A stretch of 64,000 nucleotides of DNA from Mustelus asterias (lineage: Eukaryota). The translations under genes were made by a program, and so were the position numbers. Numbering within the stretch: position 1 is the stretch's first letter; the number at the start of each line of letters is the position of its first letter. The notes beneath the pieces are model-generated. The model had not been told where the DNA came from. It saw nothing but the letters and a program-made list of their open reading frames with translations, and searched no databases. This document shows, piece after piece, positions 1-8,695 of this stretch. The stretch lies in the NCBI RefSeq assembly GCF_964213995.1, contig NW_027590121.1, positions 744,001 through 808,000 of the forward strand, read 5' to 3'.

Positions 1-68
1 ATGTTCAGTAACACGCAGAGGGGCAAGATCAAGAATGATAAGAGCTCTCCACCAATAATTACGATATT

Positions 69-1343
69 ATGTATCGTCCAGGGAAGCTCAATGAGCCCTC
101 GGATGCCCTCTCGCGCGGAACATGCGCCATCATGCAGGAGGACCGCTTGAAGGCCCTCCACAATGACCTGTGCCATCCTGGAGTCACCCGACTCTACCAC
201 TTCGTAAAAGCCCGCAACCTGCCCTACTCGGTGGAGGATGTCAGGTCAGTGACAAGAAGCTGTCGGATTTGCGCGGAATGCAAACCGCACTTTTATCGAC
301 CGGACCGGGCGCAATTGGTCAAGGCCACTCGCCCCTTCGAGAGGCTGAGTGTGGATTTTAAGCGCCCCCTTCCCTCAACGGACCGGAATGTCTATTTTCT
401 CAATATAATAGATGAATACTCCCGGTTCCCGTTTGTTGTCCCCTGTGCGGACACGTCGACTGCCACAGTGATTAAGGCATTCAGTGATCTTTTTACCCTG
501 TTCGGGTACCCCTGCTACATACATAGCGACAGGGGCTCGTCGTTCATGAGTAACGACTTGAGGCAATTCCTGCTCTCATACGGGGTTGCCTCTAGTAGAA
601 CCACGAGCTACAACCCGAGGGGTAACGGACAGGTGGAGAGGGAGAATGCTACAGTCTGGAAGGCTGTCCTACTGGCACTGAAATCCAGGGGCCTTCCAGT
701 TTCCCGTTGGCAGGAGGTCCTTCCAAATGCGCTTCATTCCATTTGCTCCCTCCTGTGTACGGCAACCAATGCTACTCCCCACGAGAGGATGTTCTCATTC
801 CCTCGGAAGTCGTCCTCGGGGATCTCCTTACCAGCCTGGTTGACGTACCCAGGACCCGTCCTTCTGCGGCGACATGTGAGGGCCCGCAAGTCCGACCCCT
901 TGGTCGAACCGGTCCAACTCCTCCACGCCAACCCTCAGTATGCCTATGTGGCATATCCTGATGGGCGAGAGGACACAGTCTCGGTTCGAGACCTGGCGCC
1001 CGCAGGGGACGTAGCAACTCCTGTCGCTCACATACCCCCTGTCACGAATCCCCTATCACTTATTTCTTCCCCAGACGTGGCGCGGTCAGCACCGGGACCA
1101 GTGCACAACAGTTATACTCCCATGTACAGCTTGCCTGAGACTCGGAGATCGGCGCCACCACAGAAGGTTCCAGGATCCCCTGCACCATCGCCTCACCAGG
1201 GTCAACCGGCCCGGGAGTCCTCGAGGGGACAGCCGGACGCTGTTTTGGAGAGAACGCCACCGCAAGCACCTGCTCCGGTGTCGCAACCGGTGTTGAGGAG
1301 ATCACAGCGACGGTGCGGTCCTCCAGACCGTCTGGACTTGTGA
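69..1343 (+). CDS. Gypsy pol C-terminus: integrase with HHCC zinc domain, DDE core and Pro-rich tail (partial)
   Basis: LHNDLCHPG...CRIC; SVDF / HSDRG / GQVE catalytic triad; YNPRGNGQVER motif. The upstream RNase H region (1-68) appears to carry a deletion or frameshift. Confidence 0.88.
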   Translation: MYRPGKLNEPSDALSRGTCAIMQEDRLKALHNDLCHPGVTRLYHFVKARNLPYSVEDVRSVTRSCRICAECKPHFYRPDRAQLVKATRPFERLSVDFKRPLPSTDRNVYFLNIIDEYSRFPFVVPCADTSTATVIKAFSDLFTLFGYPCYIHSDRGSSFMSNDLRQFLLSYGVASSRTTSYNPRGNGQVERENATVWKAVLLALKSRGLPVSRWQEVLPNALHSICSLLCTATNATPHERMFSFPRKSSSGISLPAWLTYPGPVLLRRHVRARKSDPLVEPVQLLHANPQYAYVAYPDGREDTVSVRDLAPAGDVATPVAHIPPVTNPLSLISSPDVARSAPGPVHNSYTPMYSLPETRRSAPPQKVPGSPAPSPHQGQPARESSRGQPDAVLERTPPQAPAPVSQPVLRRSQRRCGPPDRLDL

Positions 1344-1406
1344 ATTTTGTATATATGTGACCTGTTTTCGCACCCCGCCGGCCTTTGTTTTTAAAGGAGG
1401 GGTGAA

Positions 1407-1702
1407 TGTGGTGAACCATCGTTGGTTACCACTGTGGGTTATTCCTATGTTACTGTTGGGTTAGGGTGTTGCCACTGTGGGGGTTGTAGAATGTTGTTGG
1501 GTTAGGGTGTTTACCTGTGGTAGATGTTGTTATGGCACATCCCGGTCGGGCCCCGCCTCCTGGGGAGAGGTATAAGACCCTCTGCTCAGGCGGGACCCCT
1601 CCAGTCTGAACTGGTGTACTCGTGTTAGTTAGTTCCATTGTTTGCTAATAAAAGCCTTCAATAGCTGAAGCCTTGTTCCTCGTGCTTGATTGTCGCGCAT
1701 CA
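1407..1702 (+). repeat. Gypsy 3' LTR
   Basis: Starts TGTGG right after the PPT and ends GCATCA. Contains TATAAGA at ~1571 and AATAAA at ~1647. Confidence 0.8.
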
Positions 1703-2190
1703 CTCTGCCAGATCTAGACGTGACGTTCGAGATTTTAGCCTGTGATTCCTCTTTCAATATCCTGTAAAACAAGTTGACACAAGTCATCAGTGTCAGTACA
1801 GGATCGAAATTCAGAACAGACAATTCCAGTTTCTATGGAACATTCTTTCTCTCTCATTCCCCAAAAGCTGTAAATCTCCATCCCACACACTCTCCCTCCA
1901 TTCTCACTCTGCTGTATCTAATATTCACCCTCACAATTCTCCTCAAGGTGCTGATTGAGGCTGATTGATAGATCCATGCTCACGGCTTCCTGTCCTGGAC
2001 ACAGAGAGCTGGAAATCTCCACGCAGGCGGCCAGACAGATATATGCCCATATGACTGGACTAAAAATGTGGAATATACAGACTGGATTCACGACCTTACC
2101 CTTCAGTTGCTGCAAGTCCCCAATTTCCCCCAGAATTAGAAAAGAAATGGAAAGGGGGAAACATTGATTTCCTCCCAGATGTTGTCCAGA
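1703..2190 (-). pseudogene. 5' part of a minus-strand ZNF gene (exon 2 at 1929-1994; exon 3 starts at 1761) interrupted by the Gypsy element
   Basis: The reverse complement matches the exon-2/intron/exon-3 start of the other ZNF cassettes (e.g. 14761-14830, 3695-3990). The match stops exactly at the LTR end. Confidence 0.75.
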
Positions 2191-2655
2191 GGCGGAAGGT
2201 TTAATCTGAAGCTCATTGGCCAGCTTCCGCATTATGGCGTCACAACAGAGCCCTGCCTGAATCAGCCTATAGGAATCTCGCTGCTCTCCGGTGACGTCAC
2301 TGCGGTTCCAATGCGCAGGCCCGGCCGCCCCCACCCACTTTTCCCCCTCCCCCTCCTCCAGCCAAGGTTTCCCGGCAACCGGCTGACGGCTCCGGCCAGA
2401 GCGAGAAGCCGCTCGGTGATCTCCTCCCGCCGGCCCGGACTGCGCATGTTCAAGGGAGAGGGAAGCTGCACATGTGCGGGGGAGGTGCCCACCCGCCGAC
2501 AGACATACTGAGATTTTGACCAATGGGAAGAGTTGGAGGACCGCAAGGAGTCTGGTCCTCCAGCCAATCAGAGCTCCCCATTGTCTGAATGCGGAAGTTA
2601 GTTGGCCAATGAGCTTCAGACCAAACCTCCTCCTCTCGGCAACATCTGTGAGCAA
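2090..2655. promoter_or_regulatory. CpG-rich, putatively bidirectional ZNF promoter module (copy 1)
   Basis: CpG-rich; contains TGACGTCA, CCAAT boxes, TGCGCATG, and the palindrome TGGAGGACC-N11-GGTCCTCCA (2534-2562). Donor-like GTGAGC at 2648. Flanked by divergent ZNF cassettes. Confidence 0.65.
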
Positions 2656-2694
2656 ATGTAAAGGTGTTCTGTCAGTTTATTAAGAGCAGGAGGT

Positions 2695-2733
2695 ATCGCT
2701 TCTCGGCCTTTTGGCGAAGATCAAGTGTAGTAT
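2695..2733 (+). pseudogene. U2 snRNA 5' fragment (39 nt, 3'-truncated)
   Basis: ATCGCTTCTCGGCCTTTTGGCGAAGATCAAGTGTAGTAT matches vertebrate U2 nt 1-39 with one mismatch (T>G). The downstream sequence is not U2. Confidence 0.85.
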
Positions 2734-2809
2734 TGACATGCTGTGCTTGGTTGAAGTCATTTTGTTACATTTTAGCTTCAATTGAAGCAGTTTTTAAAAG
2801 CGGCATCTC

Positions 2810-3535
2810 GGAATGCACAATGAATAGTCAGAGCCTCGGAGGTACAGAGGATCAGAGGGATCTTGGTGTGTATGTTCATAGATCTCTGGAGACAGTAGGA
2901 CAGTTACATAAGGTGGTTCGGAAGGCACATGGGATACTTGCCTTCATTAACCGAGGCATTGACTATAAGAGCAGGGAGGTTATGATGGAGCTATACAAAA
3001 TGCTGGTTGGCCACACTATGGTGGAGTACTGTGTGCAGTTCTGGTTGCCACACTATAGGAAGGATGTAATTGCACTGTAGAAGGTGCAGAGGAAATTCCC
3101 CAGGGTGTTGCCTGGGCTGGAGTGTTTCAGCTATCAAGAGAAACTGGATAGGCTGGCGTTGTTTTTCTTGGAGCAGAGAAGGATGAGAGGGACCTTATTG
3201 AGGTGTATAAAATTCTGAGGGGCACAGATGGAGGGGGACAGGAAGGAACTTTTCTCTTTAGTAGAGGGGGCAATAACCAAAGGCATGGATTTAAGTTCAG
3301 GGGCAGTAGGTTTATAGGAGATGTGAGGAAAAACCTTTTCACTCAGACGGTGGTGGGAATCTGGAACTCACTGCATGAAACATTTAAGAAGTATTTAGAT
3401 GAGCTCTTGAAATGCCATAGCATACAAGGTTACGCACCAAGAGTGGAAAATGGGATTAGAATAGAAAGGTGTTTGATGGTCGGCGCAAACACGATAGGCT
3501 GAAGGGCCTCTTTCCATGCTGTCAAACTCTATGAC
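2810..3535 (+). mobile_element. CR1-type LINE 3' fragment (degenerate)
   Basis: QRDLGVYVH, EYCVQFW, FTQ..VGIWNSL motifs with frameshifts; CR1-like 3' end. Confidence 0.8.
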
Positions 3536-4238
3536 CACCCTCACAGGCAGCAAGTTCAAGACTATCATCAATCACAACCCCCTGTATCTTCACTAACTGA
3601 AACAATCCATTTAAAACATTCTTAGTCGAGGAATATCATCATATTTCTGTTCGGCCGGAAGCCTGCATGGAGATTTTCAGCTCTCTGTGTCCAGGACAGG
3701 AAGCAGTGGGCATGGATCTATCAATCAGCCTCAATCAGCACCTTCAGGAGAATTGGGAGGGCGAATATTAGATACAGCAGAGTGAGAATGGAGGGAGAGT
3801 GTGTGGGATGGAGATTTACAGCTTTTGGGGAATGAGAGAGGAAAGAATGTTCCATAGAAACGAGAATTGTCTGTTCTGAATTTCTATGCTGTACTGACAC
3901 TGATTAATTTTTCAAACTCGTTTTACAGGATATCAGAAGGTGAGGATTTACAGACAAAAACTCAAAACAAACATCACGTCAGCATTCAATTTATCGGGAC
4001 CTGAATATCACTGACCTTTGATTCTAGAAGGTGAAATGTTTCACTGTTCTTTCTGCTTCAGAAGATTCTCAACATCAGTGTGACTGGAAAAGCACCGAGA
4101 CACACACACACATCCGAGTGAGAGTGTTCCAGTACACTGAGTGTGGAAAGAGCTTTAACCAGTTACACAGCCTGAAAATACATCGCAGCATTCACAGCGG
4201 GAGAGACTGTACCCGTGTTCTGTGTGAGATTTAACTGA

Positions 4239-5033
4239 TTGTTTAACCTGGAGAGTCACAAGGACACCCGCATCAGGGGAAAACCGTGGAAATGTGGGGA
4301 CTGTGGAAAGGGATCCAATGTCCCATCAGAGCTGGAAATTCATCGACGCAGTCACACTGGAGAGAGACCGTTCAGCTGCTCTGATTGTGGGAAGGGATTC
4401 ACTCAGTCATCCAGCCTGCAGAGGCACCAGCGAGTTCACACCGGGGAGAGACCGTTCACCTGCTCTCAGTGTGGGAAGCGATTCACTCGCATTTCCCACC
4501 TGCTGAGTCACAAAGTCACTCACACCAATGAGAGACCGTTTAAATGTACTGACTGTGGGAGTGGATTTAAAAGTTCTCGAGAACTGATGTCCCACCAACG
4601 CACTCACACTGTGGAGAGACCGTTCAGCTGCCCTGACTGCACAAAGAAGTTTAGAACGTCATTTCACCTGCGGGAACACCAGCGAGTTCATACTGGGGAG
4701 AGGCCATTCACCTGCTCTGTGTGTGGGAACGGGTTCACTCAGTTATCCATCCTGTTGAGACACAATCTCATTCACACCAATGAGAGACCCTTTAAATGTT
4801 CTGACTGTGGGAGCAGATTCAAAAGCTCACGGGATCTGGTGTCCCACCAGCGCATTCACACTGAGGAGAGACCGTTCAGCTGCTCTCATTGCACAAAGAG
4901 ATTTAAATGGTCATCTGCACTGCGGATACACCAGCGAGTTCACACTGGGGAGAGGCCGTTCGCCTGCTCTGTGTGTGGGAAGGAATTCACTCGGTCATCC
5001 AACCTGCAGAGACACCAACGGATTCACCAATGA
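4239..5033 (+). CDS. Tandem C2H2 zinc-finger protein, 9 fingers (family ATG lost; may be a pseudogene)
   Basis: Nine CxxC-x12-HxxxH units with TGERPF-type linkers. Exon-3 acceptor TTTTACAG ends at 3928. The paralogous start MEKPWKC reads RGKPWKC here, and the ORF start at 4239 is a TTG. Confidence 0.8.
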   Translation: MFNLESHKDTRIRGKPWKCGDCGKGSNVPSELEIHRRSHTGERPFSCSDCGKGFTQSSSLQRHQRVHTGERPFTCSQCGKRFTRISHLLSHKVTHTNERPFKCTDCGSGFKSSRELMSHQRTHTVERPFSCPDCTKKFRTSFHLREHQRVHTGERPFTCSVCGNGFTQLSILLRHNLIHTNERPFKCSDCGSRFKSSRDLVSHQRIHTEERPFSCSHCTKRFKWSSALRIHQRVHTGERPFACSVCGKEFTRSSNLQRHQRIHQ

Positions 5034-5217
5034 TTATCGAGTTGGTTTCTGCTGTTATTGCTGCTGTTAATCACATCCAGCACTGAACCACGTTCATTCT
5101 GACAGTTGGTGAAGTGGAAGGTTGAAGGGTTTTCTTTCTGCTGGACTGGCTGGTTTCACCCCTCTGCTTCCAATGAGCTGATGCTCTTTGAGCCTGGGAG
5201 AGCACATTTCCAATGAA

Positions 5218-5635
5218 ATAAGAACAAAGAAAATTACAGCACAAGAACAGGCCCTCCGAGCCTGCATTGATCATGCTGCCTGACTTAACTAAAACCCCCT
5301 ACCCTTCCGGGGACCATATTCCTCTATTCCCATCCTATTCATGTATTTGTCCAGATGCCCCTTAAAACTCACTACCGTATCCGCTTCCACTACCACCCCC
5401 GGCAGCGAGTTCCAGGCACCCACCACCCTCTGTGTAAAAAATCTGCCTCGTACATCTCCTTTAAACCTTGTCCCTCGCACCTTAAACCTGTGACTCTTCC
5501 ACCCTGGGAAAAAGCGTTTGACTATCCATTCTGTCCATGCCCCTCATAATATTGGAGACTTCTATCAGGTCGCTCCTCAACCTCTGTTGTTCCAGTGAGA
5601 ACAAACCAAGTTTCTCCAACCTCTCCTCATAGCTA
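5218..5635 (-). mobile_element. CR1 3' fragment inserted in the ZNF 3' UTR
   Basis: RGRFFTQRVVGAWNSLP motif. The UTR on both sides is contiguous in the paralogous UTR at 25160-25430. Confidence 0.8.
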
Positions 5636-7635
5636 AACAAACAAATAAACAAAATGATCCACAAAAACTGATGAAAGACATTTACTTTATCCTGGATAGT
5701 AAATAGTGTTTTTCCTCCACTGCAGGTAGATCTAAAATAAATACAGAAAGGACTGGAAAAACACAGGTCTGGCAGCATCTGTGGAGAGGGAAACTGAGTT
5801 AATGTTTCATGTCCAATGTAACTCTACTTCAGAACTAGAGGGAGAAATGTGATGGGTTTGATACTGATGAGAAAGAGGGGAGGGCCAGGTCGAACAAAAG
5901 GGAAAGTCAGGGATTGGTTAGAGGGCGACGAGATTAAATGTCAAAAATGTCCTGGAACTAAAGGCAAAGGGAGAGGTAATGGTTGTAGTGAAGAAAGAAA
6001 GCAGTTTTGTCACTCGATTAATTGTATCCTCAATTACTTGCCCCATTTTCTGTCATTATCAGGAATACAATAGAATAATTTCACACCATCCCTTTATCTG
6101 ATTCTATACAATCCCTGTACAAATGTTGAGGCTAATCAGAGCTGGAAGGTCTCTCTCGCCAGTACATTTATCTTCACTGCACATTCTTTACATACACAGC
6201 AATTAAGCTTTTACATTTGACTGCAAATAAAACTCAATCTTTCATTACAACTACTGACTTATTATTGATTCATTAACTTTAACTCAATTATGGCTCACTA
6301 CTTATTCACCCATCTGTTACTGACTGGTAGCTAATTGTTAGAGTAATCTTTAATTAATACATTTGATTAATACAAGATACAATGGTTCAAAAATATACTT
6401 TGTGAAAGACACAAAGCTTTCTTACTAATCTTGATCAGGTTGAACAATCAGCCTCATTCTTGAGCCAGACTTTAGCAGAATATAATGTCCTCTAGCTTGT
6501 CAAAATGATTGAAGAATTCCTTAATTGCTTTCTCAGCCGTGTCTAGAGGCTTTTAGCTTTATGATATAAAGTTCTCATCACATGTTCGAGTTTAACATGG
6601 CTTCCTTGACCAAGTTATATTTAACTGTTAATACAGATGAAAGTGATCATTTTCATTTCTGAGGCACCCCTACAGTTTCCCACATCATAACAGTGACTAC
6701 ACTTCAAAATAACTTGACCGTAAAACACTTTCCAAGATCTTGTGGTCATGCAAGAAGCTGCAGAAATGTAATTTCCTTTTTAGAAATAGTCCCCAACTTG
6801 GATACATCACACTCAGTCCGCTCATTGAGATCATTAATAAAGACTGAGTCTTAATTTTGAGAAACAACCATGTCTTTCACTCCGTTTCCAAATCCCCTGT
6901 GAAAATCCAAACACAATATATCGTGAAATTATTTGGTTTAAAACAGAATGAGTTGTTGTGATTTGGAATTCACTGTCTGAAAATGGTGCAGGAAGCAAAT
7001 TAAACTGGATCTTTCAAAAGGGAATTGGACAGATTCGAAATGAAATATGGGATTAATGGAGGATCTTGTTCAAAGGGATATCATGGGTACAATGGCTGGA
7101 ATGGCCTCCTTCTCTGTTCTCAGATTCATTTGCATCTGATGAAAGTGGTAAATATCTGGAACCCACTTCCTACGATGGGCAGAGAAACAGAGATGATGGA
7201 ATCTTTCCAAAAGGAAATTGGATGAGCAATTGAGGGAAATAAACCTACAGGGGTACGGGGATAGAACAGGGCAATGGTTTGATTCACAGGGAACCAGCAT
7301 GGACTTAATGGGGTGGATGGCCGCATTCGCGACCCTAATTCCTGACTGATCTAAAGAGAGTATAACCTGATGCGTAACCATAAAGCAAATGAAGACAGCA
7401 GCAAAGGCTGATGGTTAGAAGAGCTAACTCTGTATCAGGCTGAGTACTGTGGGAGGATCAGGCTGAAGGAGTTCTGCACTGAGGAATGGACACAGGAGCT
7501 CATTGATTGGGGGCAGTCGCTCTGCCTTGAACAGACATTGAGTGAACATAGACCCTTGTGTGTTGTGCTCCTGAGAGAAATGCCACCTCCTGAGAGAGGC
7601 ATGACTCCAGCCTTTGTGACTAAAAGACAGTGATC

Positions 7636-8560
7636 CATATGAGCATAAGATATCAGAGCAGAATTAGGCCATTTGGCCCATCGAGTCTGCTCTGCCATTC
7701 AATCATGGCTGATAAAATTCTCATCCCCATTCTCCTTCCTTCTCCCTGTAACCTTTGATCCCCTTATTGATCAAGAACCTATCCATCTCTGTCTTAAAGA
7801 CACTTAATGACCTGGCCTCCACAACCCACTGTGGCAATGAGTTTCACTTTCGCCACCCTCCTCTCAAGAAATTCCACCTCATCTCAGTTTTAAAGGAGTG
7901 TCCCTTCACTCTGAGGTTGTGCCCTCGAGTTCTAGTCTGTCCCACGAGTGGAAACATCCTCTCCATGTCCATTCTATCTCGGTCTCTCAGTATTCTGTAA
8001 GTTTCAATTAGATCCCCTCTCATCCTTCTGAACTCCATCGACGATAGACCCAGACTCCTCAACTGCTCCTCATATGACAAACCCTTCATTCCTGGGATCA
8101 TTCCTGTGAACCTCCTCTGGACCCCCTCTAAGGCCAGCACATCCTTCCTTAGGATGGGGCCCAAAACTGCTCACAATATTCCAAATGGGGTCTGACCAGA
8201 GCCTGATACCGCCTCAGCAGTACATCACTGCTCTTGTTTTCTAGCCCTCTAGAAATGAATGCTAGCATTGAATTTGCCTTCGTAACTGCCAACTGAACCT
8301 GCATGTTAACCTTAAGAGAGTCCAGAACCAGGGCTCCCAAGTCCCTTTGTGCTTGAGATTTCCGAAGCCTTTCACCATTTGGAAAATAGTCTACGCCTTT
8401 ATTCTTCCGACCAAAGTGCATAACCTCACACTTCCCCACGTTATATTCCTTCTGGCACTTCTTTGCCCATTTGCCTAGCCTGTCCAAGTCATTCTGCAGC
8501 CTCCCGACTTCCTCAACACTACCAGTCCCTCTACATATCTTTGTATCATCCGCAAATTTA
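7636..8560 (-). mobile_element. CR1 3' fragment (continues at ~11951-11995)
   Basis: KFADDTK, RPHLEYC, RGDLIETY motifs. AAATTTAG is duplicated at 8554-8561 and 11951-11958. Confidence 0.8.
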
Positions 8561-8695
8561 GAAAGGGTCAAGACTTTCAAGTTTTTAGGTGTCCAGATCA
8601 CCAACAATCTGTCCTGGTCCCCCCATGCTGACACTATAGTTAAGAAAGCCCACAAATGCCTCTACTTTCTCAGAAGACTGAGGAAATGTGGCATG

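Larger units (their letters stand above)
1..1702 (+). mobile_element. Gypsy/Ty3 LTR retrotransposon, 3' part (RNase H tail, integrase, PPT, 3' LTR)
   Basis: ORF 69..1343 begins with the RNase H end motif YRPGKLN..DALSR. PPT AAAGGAGGGGTGAA at 1393-1406 is followed by a TG...CA LTR at 1407-1702. The sequence after 1702 resumes a ZNF exon. Confidence 0.9.

Noticed and set aside
1918-2683. Long ORFs over the CpG promoter modules (also 12810-13455, 16980-17491, 27390-28110)
   Set aside because: GC-rich, stop-poor sequence. Frames are not conserved between copies and show no domain similarity.
3929-4238. KRAB or other effector domain upstream of the fingers
   Set aside because: No KRAB-A-like motif was seen in the frames examined; the region translates as a linker plus broken fingers.
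4294-5070. Alternative-frame ORFs over ZNF arrays ([10 protein letters not shown] repeats)
   Set aside because: Shadow frames of the periodic finger-coding sequence.
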